A DNA stretch of 64,000 bases, taken from NCBI GenBank assembly GCA_035221665.1, contig CM069131.1, positions 150,288,001-150,352,000 of the forward strand, in the 5' to 3' direction. Both the position numbers and the translations under genes were made by a program. Below are positions 38,205 to 52,795 of the stretch, piece by piece. Source of the DNA: Okamejei kenojei (lineage: Eukaryota). The notes below the pieces were generated by a model. It ran no database searches. It saw only the letters and a list, made by a program, of their open reading frames with translations, and was not told the DNA's origin. Position 1 is the first letter of the stretch; each line of letters opens with the position of its first letter.

Positions 38205-40180
38205 CGGCCTGTTTTGTTCTCTGGACAAGGATACTGCCTATGCTCCTGATCCGACAACAGTAATAGCTGGAGACAAAAATTAGAATTATATGTTGCTGTT
38301 GAGTGGATCGCTTGATGCCATTCAAAAATCATTCAGTTCAACCCATCGATACTGCAAAAAGAAAAGAATTTGTGCAAGCAAGTGTTTATACAAACAAGCT
38401 AATGGCCAGAAGTTCCCAGGAGAAGTGTTTACTGTGCTCATGTGTGTTTTAACTACAGCACATATAACAGTATAACAAAAAAGGAAACAACAAAGTAATC
38501 TATTGGAGGGTCCCCTGCTGTGAAAAAATCATATGATGTGAAACTACTTTCAAACTACGTGATAGACACATGGATCATTTCTCTACTACATCCAATTTGC
38601 TGTATGCCTTAAAATGAAATCAATCTACTTGAGCCTTTAGTATGCTAATTGAAATATTGCATTGACGGAGAATTTTGCAGGTAACTTGAACTGCGACAGA
38701 ATCCCAGATAAGGTTGGAAATATTCTTGCAACAGGCTGAAACTGTGTTTGAACTACATTTGTAAAACCATTTCAAATTTGTGGTAAACCCAGTGATCAAT
38801 ATTCTAATCCTAGTTACCGTGATCAATTGTAGTAATAGACTTGACAAACAACGTCAAGAAGCTCCTGTTTTTTAGACATTCTTGAAAGCCTATAACCACT
38901 TGTCCACAAAGGAATGGTGAGCTATCACTTTGATGAGTGCATGCTCAGAACATAATTTGTGAAAAGGAGGAATATAAAAAACATAAACCTGTTTTATTCC
39001 CTGTGGAATAGGGCTTGGTTGGTGCAGCGTCAGAAAACATAATCAAGTTGGAATCTGAAGAAGGGTCCTGACCCAAAATGGCACCTATCCATTCTCTTCA
39101 CAGATTCTGCCTGACCCGCTGAGTTGTTCCAGCACTTTGTGTTTTGCTCAATATTCCAGCATCTGCGGTTGTCTCCATTGAAAGAAAGATTATTAGTTGC
39201 TGCTTCCAATTATGCATTTATGTTATTCTTCTTAACTTAGGAAAGGTCTGATTGCTCATGATAAAATGATCTCTCTTATATGTGACATGTGTTTTCATGT
39301 TATCTTTTATTTTTATTGTTTGATTGTCTATCACTTTTTTCTCTTCTGTTCTGGTTCCATCATCATAGTATTTAGATTTCCAGTTTATTTTAATCTGTTA
39401 TCTGTTTCCACTTCAGTTTCATCACCTATGTGGGAACATGTGATTGATATAAAATGGTGTCCTTGTGCTCAATATATGGTCGTTGTTGCCCCCATTCAAT
39501 ACCCTCCCCTATACATTTGCTTCCTTTCTCCATCACAGCCCCTCAACATTCATACCAGTGATTCAACCACTTGCCATAATTTCATCTCCATCGTTATATA
39601 ATTCTTGCCTTTTCTTTTCTTCCCTCATTTCCAATGTTGTTCACCTTGGACTTAATTCTCCATTGATCCTCTGCACTCCTATTCATTTGCTTCTCCTTCT
39701 TTTGACTCTAGTCTCCATTCACTCACATAAGATTTACAAGCTTTTATCTTGGTGCACATTTCATTTTTCAAATATTTTTTGAGAAAAAGCTGTTCAGCAA
39801 AAGGTATGTGAAAAATTATCCCCTGTGTACAGCTCAATGGGCTCAGTAAATCTGACACATTCCAAACATTAGGCACAATGATAACACTCAGTGGAATCTC
39901 ATTTTAGCCAACTTACATCATGCTGGAAAAAATACAAGGATTGGTTTACAAAGTAATTATTTTGTTATAAAAGATTAGGTAACGTTGGATGAGAGAAATA
40001 CAGCTCTCAAGACATGTGGAGGAAGGAGCTGCAGATGCTGGTTTAAACCGAAGATAGACACAAAAAGCTGGAGTAACTCAGCGGGACAGGCAGCTGCTCA
40101 AGAAATGCTGCAATGCTGTACCATATGTGGTGTGCTGGAAAGAGAGGGTCAATCAAACCAGAGAATAAAGTGAGAGTAGT

Positions 40181-40387
40181 CGAAGATAGACGCAAAATGC
40201 TGGAGTAACTCAGCAGGACAGGCAGCCTCTCTGGAGAGAAGGAATGGGTGACGGTTCAGGTCAAGACTTTCTTCACCCGAAATGCCACCAATCCTTCTCT
40301 CCAGAGATACTGCCTGTCCCGCTGAGTTACTCCAGCATTTTGGGTCTATCTTAGGTTTAAACCAGCATCAGCAGTTCCTTCCTACAC
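40181..40387. mobile_element. Palindromic Penelope-derived element
   Basis: Inverted arms, 13 bp duplication AAGTGAGAG(T/G)AGT (40168-40180, 40388-40400). Confidence 0.8.
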
Positions 40388-42082
40388 AAGTGAGAGGAGT
40401 AATTGATTCATGGGGAGATACAGCACGGAAATGGCCCGTCATCTTAATGAGTCCACACTGACCATTAACATATAAACTGTACATAGACTGCATGCAAGGT
40501 TAGCAGTAAACTCAAAGCGGGTGGTGAATATCTGGAATTCTTTGCCCGGCAGAGTTGTGGAAACCTATCTTTGGTGGTTAGTTAAGAGGAAGTAGAAACA
40601 TTTTTGAAAGATCAGGAATTTGAAGACCATGGGAAACTGGGAGAGAGGACATAAGATAAAGTGGCCTATTCCTGCTCTTATGTTATTGTTAATCTGGATC
40701 AATGGAGCTGTAATGCGGCAGAACTAACTGCTGTGTTGCCTGAACGCAGTGTGTAAAACAAGAGTACTGATTTCTTTTTGAGACTTACAATGTCTAAGGA
40801 GTTATAAATTGAAAACTAAGAATTCTGAAAAGTAATCATTATATGAAGTGTGACAAGAAAGCAATAGTCAGTCAGGATCAAGTATGAAAGCGGGGTTTGT
40901 TTTATGCATAGCCTTTATCAGACTTTGCAGAAATCAACAGCCCAACGGGAATTACATTAACGTTTGACATTAGTGAATCATTGTTTAGTAGGACAACTTA
41001 TTTCCTTGAAATGTTCTTTATCTTTCTCTTTCTCCCTCTCTCTCTCTTTGCTCTACCTAATGTACAAGTTCGGCTTGATTGTATTTATGTATTATGTTAT
41101 CGGATTTGATTGGCTAGCATGCAATACAAAGCTATTCGCTGCATCTCGCTACATGTGACAATAATAAACCTAAACCTAAATCCTATATCAATTTTATTGC
41201 ATGGAGTGATTTTGTGAAAAAAACATCTTTTTCCCTCTGGGATATGGACTGTGCCCATTTTTCCATCTTCTGTTCATATTGTAGCAATGTCAATTTTTTC
41301 ACGATGTCTTCATTTTTTTCATAAAAAGTGTCATTATTTTCTGAATGTTCAGTTCATTTTACAACTCTGTGCTTCGGTTTCCAAAATTGTGAACTGAATA
41401 AAATTGCGATTTACGAAGAAAAATAATCATAGACATTTCTGTTGTGATGTTTATTGTCACATGTTTTTGATGTGGTTCCTGAAAAGGTCAATTTTAATGC
41501 TATCACTGATTTCATTGCCGTCACTGCACTCACTGTAGTCATTTCTTTAATATGTTTCAACATGCTCTGCTTTTAATTAGTCCTAATTAACTATGCTGAA
41601 CGAGAGGTCACCACAGAGGGGGCTATTATTATTTTTGCCTTTCTTTTATCCAACCCAACAAAAATCCATATTTTAGAATTTAGATGTTGCTCTCCATGAT
41701 CCACAGAGGAAAGTTAAAGCCACAATGTTTCTGCTGGACATGAGACCAAGATAAACTAATATCATCTGCCTGCGCAGGATCCATAATCCCCCCCTCCCCA
41801 TTCCCTGCATATTCGTATGCCGAACTAATTACGAGTTTTCTTTGCAATGTACAACCTTTCATATTTAATATAAATGCACCAAATGGTTGTGTGTGCCCCT
41901 AAGTCAAGTTTTTATCAAGTTTATTCAAGTTTCTGTTCCCATGGTTGAAGATGGGAACACTGTAATTTTGCCACCATGTTTGCACTTAACTCAAACCAGT
42001 GTTCAGTCTGAACTGATGTTTCATGCATGATATCAATCATTTAGAAAACGTACAAATTTCCTTTGTCAGTAGTGACATCAAG

Positions 42083-42398
42083 TAGTTTAGTTTAGAGATA
42101 TAGCACGGAAACGGGCCCTTCCACCCACCGACTCCGCACCAAACAGTGATCTCCGCAGGCTAACACCTTTCAACACACACTAGGGACAATTTAGACTTAT
42201 GCCATGCCTATTAACCTTCAAACCTGTACGTCTTTCGCGTGTGGGAGGAAACCGAAGATCTCGGACAAAATCCACGCGGTAACGGGAAGAACGTGCAAAC
42301 TCCATACAGACAGCACCCATAGTCAGGATCGAACCTGGATATCCAGGGCTGCAAGTGCTGTAAGGCAGTGACTTTACCGCTGTGCCACCGTGCCACCC
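42083..42398 (-). mobile_element. tRNA-derived SINE (V-SINE/HE1-like)
   Basis: Reverse-complement full-length copy. Confidence 0.85.
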
Positions 42399-44664
42399 AG
42401 GAGCAGCATGGATAAGTACAATTGGAAATGTTTAACTGCAGTTGGAAATGTCAAGGAAATATTATCGATGTATTATTATTTTTTCCAAATATAACCTTTT
42501 ATTTGGGATGTGGCATTTGGAATTGGACTTTGGTTCCTTGCTTTGGCCCTGGTCCTGGGAAACCGAGGTTGCATATCACATATGTACTATTGAACTGCCT
42601 GCAAATAACTAATACAGAAGAGGCAGAATCAAAATGCGTGTCATACAGCTCATTATTTAGGCTATTTGCACATAACACAGGTTTGTTTCCTTATTTTGAC
42701 AAACAGGCATAAAATCAAAAGGCAGACTGGCCTTGTGAAACATTTGTGGAGCCCTTTTGATCCTCTCTGGTTCAAATGGGAAGATTAGGTCTGAGACATT
42801 AATGTATGCCAAGAGCCACATTATCATATAATTTGCATCTGGGCGGGCACTGCTGTATACTTCAGTATGAATGAATGAATACCAAATAATGGTCTTTCCA
42901 CAACAAATACTTGTTGCAAAACCCAGTAAACATGGGAATGGTGCCAATGGTAAAAAAAATATATTAAACACTGCCAAATAGCACAAGAGTGTTGTGGAAT
43001 ATTTTTGCTTGGAGGCCACTAAGCTACTAAAAATGCATTCTTATTGGTGTTGCTGTTAAATTGCCAGTACATCCTGTCAATAAGCATGACATTTTACCTT
43101 CAATATTAAGTATTGATTTTTTTTTTCAGTTGTCATTTGTTTCAGTTCAAGTGATTAAAAAGTAAAACTCTGTTCTAACCATTGGGATTCGTGAATGAGA
43201 GGCCTTCCCATGTGGTGTTAAGCTTTACAGAAGATTGTGTGTCAGGCTTGGACCTCAGTATACTCTTGGTTGATAGATCTGAATGGGTGGTAGAAAGAGG
43301 GCAATAATTGGTTTAAATATCCTTCTACATGAGGAGGGCAAAAAACCACCAACTATTTTCCAAACCATACATCCACCAGTAATTAATTGTGTAGACTATT
43401 GTGGTTGTTGGAGATAAGGACTTCCACAAACCTAAACCCAATAGTGTATATTGGCAGAAAAGTACAGAAAGGAATGCCATCCCTATTATGGCTTGGAAAG
43501 GTAAATTCCATGGAATAAATACTTTAATTGAACCCTACATTTGAGAAATGTACATATGTGTCCATGAGCCTGGAGTCAGTTATAGATATTCTATCTATGT
43601 GGGAATTAATTCATTTACTCTCTATCTTCTGTATATCATGGAACACATTTGTATCTTGCAAGCCAAAGTAGAAGCTTTTGATTATTGTCTTTATCTTAAG
43701 AATGTCATGAATCTTATTCTGAAGCATTTGTTTTGGAGTAATACCATTGGACTTCAGATGACACACAGAAGAATAGAATGACCTTGGCTGGGGTTTTCAT
43801 ATAATGGAGAGCACAGCTTGTTGCTCTGGGCTGTGGAAGGTCATGTGAAATAGCCTGCAAAAGAGGGCTTAAGGGACAAAGAGCAAAAGCTGATTCCATA
43901 GAATTTTGCTACTAACAATTAACCAAGTGTAATATAGTGAAATTTGTTCAAAAATTACCGATAGCTAGATTTGTAGCAGAGTAAACACTATTTGTTTCAT
44001 GAAACACGACAAATTATCTTTTTATCAAGAAAATGATAACATTAGAGAAATATCTTTAGATCCATGAATAAAAAATTTCATCCTCTAATCTAATGTCATG
44101 GTTTGCTTGAAGCATTAACTGCTTCCTTTCTTCAACTGCTCTGAGGTTTTAGAAAATCCCAATATTCTTTCAAGTTGTACTTGTATTCTCATTATAGATC
44201 TCTCCTCTTTCTATCAGTCATCCACCTCCCACTGCCACATCCCTATCACCCCGCCAAGTCCACTCACGGGTTGCTGTGCTGATGCCTTTATACATTAACG
44301 GGCCTCACATAAAATATTCAATATATGTTTTGATTAAAAAAGTGAAGGGCAGCAGGCAATTGGCAGGTCCCAAAAAGTAGAACAAATAAAGGGTCATAAG
44401 AATCCTATTGCAAAAGTCCAGTTCAAATATATAATCTTGAATTTTAAATTTCTTGGGAATATGTTAATTTTTAACTAAATCATTCAAAATTTGTTTTTCC
44501 AAAGTTCACAATCTTTGAAATATGTGCACATCTATAATACATTTAAATCTCTGCTCATGCTCCTGGTTTCTGCTCACTTTATATTATTTTGCTTTGCTAG
44601 CTCTCTAGTCCTCAAGTACTGATACCTCTTGTTACGTACATGGAAGTGTTTTTTATCAAAGGTT

Positions 44665-44879
44665 GTAGAGAAATAAGGAGCTGCAGATGCTAGTTTACAA
44701 ACAAATGACACAAAGTGCTGGAGTAACTCAGCAGGTCAGGCGCTGTTAGGTGCTGTTTCAGGTTGTGATACTCCTTCGGATTAATGAAGTGTGAAAAAAG
44801 GTCCTGACCTGAAACGTCACCTATCCATGTTCTTCATAGATGATGCCTGACCTGCTGAGTTACTCCAGCACTTTGTGAC
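44665..44879. mobile_element. Palindromic Penelope-derived element
   Basis: CACAAAGTGCTGGAGTAACTCAGCAGGTCAGGC and its exact reverse complement, with an approximate TTTTTTAT(T)CAAAG duplication. Confidence 0.75.
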
Positions 44880-45109
44880 TTTTTTATTCAAAGTTTTGAT
44901 AGTTGAAAACAAACGCAGTTGAACTGAAGATGGTAATTAAATATTATTTTGGGGGCATGTGGGGGTTACTGTTGAGTGATTGACTAATATGAATCATACC
45001 GGTTTTTCTCTGGCCCTCGACTCTGAAAACACATTGATTCCCACTCTGCCAAAACGAGATTCAATAAAACTGTTCTTTTAGAGAGTGAAAATAGTTTGAT
45101 AATTAAAAA

Positions 45110-45872
45110 AACAGAAAATGGCACTCAACAGGCTAGGCAGTATCTGGCGAAAAAGAGACAGGGTTGATGGCTGATAATAGGTCTTCACCTTGAAATGTTA
45201 ATGCAGTTTCTCTTTCCACAGATGCTGCCTGATTTATAGAACTATACAATATAATGAGGGGAAAAGATAGGGTGAATGATTGGGAAATCAAGAACCAGAG
45301 GACATATGTTTAAGGTGGGAGGGGCAAGATTTAGTAGCTCAATTCAGTTTAGCTTATTGTCAGGTACAGTGAAAAGTTTTTGTTGCGTGCTATCTGTCAG
45401 CAGAAAGACAATACATGATTACAATTGAGCCATTTACAGTGTATAGATACATGATAAGAGAATAGTGTTTAGTGCAACCTAATGCCAACAAAGTCTGATC
45501 AAGGGTAGTCCGAGAGTCACCAAAGAGATAGATAGTAGTTCAGCACTGCTCTCTAGATGTGGTAGGAACCGGATTAAAAATTTAAGAAGCAACTTTTTCA
45601 CTTAGAGGATGGTGGGCATATGGAATGAGCTGTCAAAGAGGTAGTTGAGGCAGGCAATATAAAAGCATGTAAAAGACACTTGCACAGGTACATGGAGAGG
45701 AAATGTTTAGAGGGATATGGGCTAAACGCAGGCAAATTAAACTTGTTTAGCTGGGGCATCTTGGTCAGCATGGATTGAAGGGCCTCTTACCATGCAGTAT
45801 GAATATGATTTTATGACGCTGAATATTTTCCATACTTTCTGTTTTAAATTCAGAATTCCAGCATCTGTGCTT
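45110..45872. mobile_element. Nested cluster: old Penelope-derived palindrome > CR1-like 3' end (+) > Rex/Babar-like 3' end (-)
   Basis: Host arms 45110-45233 and 45820-45872, CR1 pieces 45240-45335 and 45565-45812, insert 45345-45565 matching 11010-11240. Confidence 0.6.
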
Positions 45873-48169
45873 TTTGGAGTTTAGCAGATGGAATATAAAA
45901 TATTAAAAATGTGTGAAGACTAACAATAGCTAAATACATTAATAGCGATCCCGTGTAGTGCCCCTTTATAAGAGACACTAGGATACATACATATAGAAAA
46001 AGTGGCAAATAAAATATTTATATTATAATTGGAGTTGTTTCTTGTGGCTTTGATGTAAACAAGCACATATTAGGTTTAGAGGTGGTATTAGAACAGAGAA
46101 ACTCTAAGAGTCCAATCTAGAATGTAATGTTATACTTCAATGCACTCTGCTTCCCCGGTACGCGGTTAATAATAACATTCATCTAAAGGGTATACTTCAA
46201 AAGTTTTCGAGAATTTACATAATAAGACACCTTATTCTTCTCAGTGCAAAATTTAAAAAAAAACGCCTCTTACATTGAAAAACGACCAAGGCCCCACATT
46301 CTTATTTTAAACAAGGACATGAACACAAAGCCCACAAAACTAGAGGGTGGCCTTTTGGTCAAAGGTTATGCTATTTAAGTCATTAATTATGGTCCATGTC
46401 TATTACCAGAGAAAGTGACTTTAGTTTCAAACCTCTGTTCAAGCTGTTTTCTTTCAGCAATGTACTGCAGTTTTGCAATCACTTGCATTCTCAGATCTAA
46501 AATGCACGAAGGACACAAATTAAAATTCCACGATTACTGTACAGACAAGATAGCCATATTTCCTCTCCCTGATTCTAAACATAACAAATGAACATGTTTA
46601 TCTTTAGGTAGAAACAGGGAAATGCAGACGTTGGTTTACACAAAAGGACACAAAGTGCTGGAGTAACTCAGCGGGTCAGGCAGCATCTCTGGAGAACATG
46701 GATAGGTCACGTTTCAGGTCGAGACCCTTCTTCAGTCTTTCTTTAAGTTGGACTCCTCCCCCCAGCTGCAGTCTTTCCTGTCACTATTGAGTGGGAAGTA
46801 GAGCGATGCTGTTACAAACACATAAAGTCTTTCCATTACATCCTCGTAAGGAATTCACAGTTCTGGGCTGCCCATTTGGACAATTTGAACTTTGTCAATA
46901 ATTATAATTAAGAGTATGCATCCCAGAGATGGGCGCGTATGCATTGCTTCCTGCACTTTACTGTCAGACAGTACTTCAACCAAGGCTATAGTGCCACTGA
47001 CAGTTCAGGCAGAAACAAATGGTGAAGGGTTTGATTCTAAGCACCGCACCCTATGGGCTTGATAATCTAATGCTCTCCTGCTTGGAAATGTGGGACAATG
47101 CAACCAACCTCAAGTAACAGGTGGCATTACCTATGTTCACAGAAGATGGAGTATGTCATTACTGACAAGTCACAATTCGTTTCTCTGACACAGCAGTTCA
47201 TATTCACTGCGCCTGAAATTGTATGTTTACATGAAACAGAATCCATTATTTGTATCCGTCCTTTTCAGTTCTTTCTTTGTTTCCTTCATTTCAGCTCCAT
47301 CTCCAGCACAGCTGTGCAAACTTAACTCTTTGAAGGGCAGAACAACACTTCCTAAAAACAACCTTTTAAAAAAATTAAAGAGCTATGTGAAAAGCTGCCC
47401 TGCTGGGAAACTCCAGACAACTCTTTAAGTGTTACTTTGTACTGTTCCTCATTAAAAATTTACTCAGCATTTTCTACACATGCATGTGGCTAAAAATATT
47501 TTGAAAGCTGCAATGCACATCCTGTTCTCCAGGGGTTTATTTGCATATAGTATATAAAGGAGTGTCAGAAATCTAGACAATGGAGAATTACTATTTAAGG
47601 AAAACCCTTTCTTCTTTTTTGGGTGACCTTATTATCACATTGAAGTAGTGCCGTAATGTTTCAAAATATCCCCCTTTCCTGTCAGCTGCTGAGAAGCCAC
47701 ACAGCAAAATGCAAAAGCCACCTCAGCATTGAAGAACAAAAAAATAGCAGCAGCAGCAGTGATGGCAGTTACAATTCTGCAGAAAATTGAAAGCTAATTG
47801 CTCTGATGGGTGTCCTTTCTAAAAATGCAATGACCCAGATATTTGTTTCTTCCTCTCTATGTTTGATTGATGGTCGAAGTCCATCATAAGATTTTGTCTG
47901 ACAAGGTCCTGTTGTGAGAAGTTGAGTCCAGGAGCAAGGATCCCTTGCTGCACATTTAAAGGACCTCTTCTGTTGTTTAGCTTTAGGTTTAGGTTTATTT
48001 TTTCACGTGTACCAAATGAAAAGCTTTTGTTTTGCATTCAATCCCTTTACAATATGATACAATAGAACTTCATTCATCCTATGTGGGAAATTGATCTGCC
48101 AACAGTGATAAAATACAAGAAACATGAGATTAAAGTGATGAGTGAAAAGAATTGGGGATATGCAAAGAT

Positions 48170-48171
<2 letters not shown>

Positions 48172-48214
<43 letters not shown>
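48172..48214 (+). repeat. Poly-G tract (43 nt)
   Basis: Direct read, inside a LINE-derived segment. Confidence 0.9.
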
Positions 48215-48215
<1 letters not shown>

Positions 48216-51200
48216 GAGGGGAGTCCGTCTACCCCATGACAGAAAGGGGAGGAGTTGTAAAGTTTGATAGTTGATGAAGGTACTCCTCATGTTAACCAGT
48301 GTGTCATGGAGGGGTGAGCTGTATTGATTAGTATTCTCTGCAGTTTGAGGAGCATCCTTCCCTCCAAGAATCCAACTCCTCCCCCAGGATGCAGTCAGCC
48401 TTCCACATTAAATCCGATAATACTGTACATAAATACAATCAAGCCAAACTCAAGTATAATGGGTAGTGCAAAGTGAAAGATACAAAGCACAGAATACCGT
48501 TCTCACTGCCTGGTCCACCTGCACATCAGCCTCTTCCACATTTGCTTCCACCTATTCTTTCCACCCCCTGCCTCACTCTTCTCTCACACCTCATTATACT
48601 GGCTATCTCTCCTCGACACAGTTTACAACATCTGCAGCCTCTTGAGTCTCTGCCAACGGGTGTTCCATATGGATGGACAGCAGTCAAATAACATAGTAAC
48701 TGAGCAAACATCAGGCCAATCTTGTGGTTCGATCATCAAATAGTTTTAAAATTCATGGGTTATGATGTGGAAATTGAGGGAGAGAAAGAAAGTGAAGGAG
48801 AAAAGCTATGTAAAGTAGCCTTCTTCTCACATTGCTGCTCAATTGTTACAGGTTTCTATAACAAAAGCAAACCATTGCAAGTGCAGGATTTTTACATTCA
48901 CAAAGTGAACTCTCTGTAATTAAAATAAATGTTAGCACTCCTGTGATAATTTTACATCATACCATAGCCAACAGCTGCTGTGTTAAAGTTCTGTTGTTAA
49001 AAAAATATCTGTAAGGAGAATTTGTATATCCCTTTGCTCATGCAGGCTCATTACAACCGATTACTGCATTTTTGAAATCACTGAATATCGAAGATGCAAA
49101 CATATTGTGCTCTCTATGTATGTATATTATAATATATAATTATATATGATGATGGATTTATTTAACACTGATATTTATTTGACAACCAAACTAAAGCCAG
49201 AAAACACCTTCTTTCCTGCAATATTTTTAAATGACATTAAGCTGGTCTTTGTATTTGGTGAAACTGTGAAGATTAATTTTGGAGGAAACTAATCTTGTCG
49301 GATCACAAACTTTTCAGAGAGCCAAAGCAAGAGATAAACTCATGTCTCCACCTTGATTCAGATATCTCTGTACCACAATATTCCAATACTGGAACTATTG
49401 TTCCATCATTACAAGGAAGTATGGTGTCCCCAGAGATTAGTTAGAATATCCTTCCAACAAAACCCAATGGTCAATGGTACTTTATTTGTCACATGTACTG
49501 AGGTACAGTGAAATTCATTGTTGTATACAGTTCAGTACAAGTATCACTATACATAAGCACACAGATAAATCTTGGATAAACCTGATACAGTACACAGCCA
49601 TTAGACAATTCCCTTTCCCACCACCTTTCCCAATATTAACTTGCCAAAAAGAAGTATGCTGTGTATTATATTTTAATTGATACAAAGTTTATTGAGAGGA
49701 CAGAGTAGAATATGCCAGATATTTGTCCTTAGAGCAAATTCTTCACCCAGCGTAAAACTGTGCATAATCATGGATCAGAAAGCTTAAAAGAAATGATAGA
49801 TAATAAAATCTCAGTGACGGGCATCACTGGGGTAAGAGCCTGAAAACACGGAATGCAGTGCAGACACGATACACGTTTCACTGCTGCACTGCCTGCTCTT
49901 CTAATATCCATCTTTTTTGTTCCGTCTTTTTTTTATCTGTGCCAGGTGTCTGCTCGAGAATGAACTTAAATGCTTGGCAACACAAAAGAGATATCTCTGG
50001 AGTGCAGCATGCTCGCGTACAGCCCCCACCCCCAAAACTCTCATTATTGTGTGAGACCATGTGCTCCACAGCAGCCTGTTAATGAGACATGGCAGATACA
50101 GCAGGCTCACAACTCTCATTCTCTGAAAGGAAGCATTTCCTTATTAAGCTCCATCTCATTACTTTCAGCTTCAGCCATTCAATAGACAATAATGAGGAAG
50201 TGTAAGTGCTTGCTCGCTCACTCGTTCTCTCTGACTCAGATGGAACAACATGTGTAATCATCCCCGCACACATTTCTTGCACACATCTTGCATCTCCCAT
50301 TGGACATTCTTGCTGTTTGATTCTAAAATGTAATTCTTCATAACGGCCCTGAATCTCAAGAGTTCAACAAAGACCAAACTGACATCAAGACTACTGCTCT
50401 GTTTTTTTCTCTCACTGTAAAGCAATAACTATTGCATTTACATTACATAAAATATGACAAAAAATATCTTATTGCATGTATATGCCAATTTTTTATATTG
50501 AACAATATTCACATATGTAAAAGTTGTCAAAAATGAGGTCTAAATATAGATCAAGTCAAAAGACTCCTGATAGATATGCTGTGCTTAAAAAATGATTCAG
50601 AAATAGTGTATTCTCTTTATCTGTCATTACCGTATTGGTATAAAGTAAAGTCCAAATAAACCATCAAACTATCAGAAGTTGCAGTTTTTCCAGACTGGCT
50701 GCAACTGAGAGCTGCCTCATGTAGTTTACAATATGCAAATAGCAGATGTACATATCTTTTTTTCTTTAATTTACTTACCAACTTAAAAATTAATTTCCGA
50801 ACTTTAAAACCAACCAATCAGCGGGACTTTGCTGAATGGTGAGGACATGGATATACAAAAATTAATTTAGAAGCTCTAGTCCAATCTCAATACTTTGTTG
50901 CAAGTCTAAAAGCCCACAGTTCCTGATCAGTTGGTTACAAAAAAAACTTTTTTTCAGTGGATTTATTTTTTTGTGTTTTAGTATTATTTGGTGACTTTTA
51001 TAAAATTATACGACCCATGGTTCTGGTGGTGGCCGTTTATTAAACACATGGGCAGGAATCTACCAACAGCTACATTATCCTGATCAGTCGAAAGTACTAG
51101 TGTTAATCTTTAGCAAAAATAGACTGTTGCCAGCTTATATTTTTGGTGCACCAGGGATCCAGTAAAAGTGGATGACAGCTGAAAGTATACAAAGGGACAG

Positions 51201-52795
51201 TATAGGTTTTATTTTACACACATGCATGCACATGCAAAGATCGGTCTTTGGGGTCTTAATTATGTAAGGCTAATGCCCACCAATTACTGTGTAAACTAAT
51301 AACATGGCTTAACAATGCAACAGTGAAGTGCCCAGTGGCCGAGTACCTCCTCCCCCTCCCCCTTCAAATGTGATTATGTTTCTGGAGATTTGAGAATAAC
51401 AGACTATTACATCAGATGAGTAGTCTAAATAAGGAGGGTATTTTTTTAAGTTGGAGGGCTTCTGCCTAGCAGTGACAGCTGTTGACTTAAATACATCTCT
51501 ATAATGGGAATGAAGCAGGCTACGGGAAAACTGAAGGCTTCTGTATGATAATAAGTCTTGACAAAAGCCACACAGCCCCATGATAGTAGGTGGCTACACA
51601 CTGCATGCATAACGATTCACACTCCTAGCTACCAAGTATAAATCTTTGACTAGATGCTGATTAAAAATATATGTGTATAAATACAAACGCAGTGAAAATC
51701 CAGATTGGAATTAGAGGTGGCACACCGGTGGTATTAATCTAAGAACTTCAATGGCAAATTATGTTTCTCCCCTTGTTAGTCTGCTGGGAATAACCCTAAT
51801 ACAGTTTTATTCATTATAATTTATACATATCATTCTGTACGAACTACCAGCCCTTATCATCCATCCATACGGATATGCATACTATGTATATTGATCTCCC
51901 TGTGACTGGTGTCTGACTATGACACGGAATAATGGAATCATAGGCTTTAGTGGGATTGTACGTTCTGCGCCTAAATGTATTTATAAGTTACATTTCCCTC
52001 CAACTATGGCGGGGTTAGGAAGAATTTGAGAAATGTTGCAATAGTCAAACGCAGCCCGTTCTTGCAAGCAACGCATGGGCCATTTTGCCTTTCAGCCCTG
52101 CACCGTCCTGGTTTGTAACACGCCAGCTTGAACTTGTCAGCTTGTTATAAAATATGTATTTCGAGTAGCAAAAGTAATCGATGAGGGAGGATATCAGTGC
52201 TGATTGCATAAATGACTTTTGAAAGCCGGCCTTAAAATGCCCATAATCACACTACAGTCTTCCTCAGTGAAGTCCAGGAAAACACCCAGGGCTGTCAACG
52301 TGAAACACTCGCTTCCCCCTCAAGGAAAATAACAAGCCCATTGTTATCCACGTGGCTCGTTGTCTTAAAGGCTGCTCATCTGGGCATCACTCCTGTTTTA
52401 GAAAGACGTCAAGTATCTCCACCTATGTGCACGTTGCACTCCACGACAGCTGCCGTTAGACTGTGTGTGACATAAGAGGACAGATTGCGGATCTGCAACA
52501 CAATCGCCAGTCCGTTGGCCACGAATAAAGCCACTTCCCTTTTCTTTTCTCTCTCTTTCTAAAGACTGCACCAAGTTCAACGTTTGTCCCGCACTCTCGT
52601 ACCCCCATACAATTTAAAATAAATGAATATTTCATACTACGACTAAACTGCAGTGAACGACTTTGACTTTAAACTTTTACTGCGGAAAATCCAAACTGCA
52701 GCCCCGGGAGATGCGTCAGCACTGCACACACAGAGAGGTAAGAGTTCCGATCTATCAGCCAGGTAAGAAAACTTGAAAGCATTTCTGGAACTTAC

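Larger units (their letters stand above)
1..52795 (-). other. Intron 2 (partial, >52 kb, continues beyond window start)
   Basis: Starts with GTAAGT. The expected next exon (MNRPIQVKPA...) was not found on the minus strand by eye. Confidence 0.75.
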
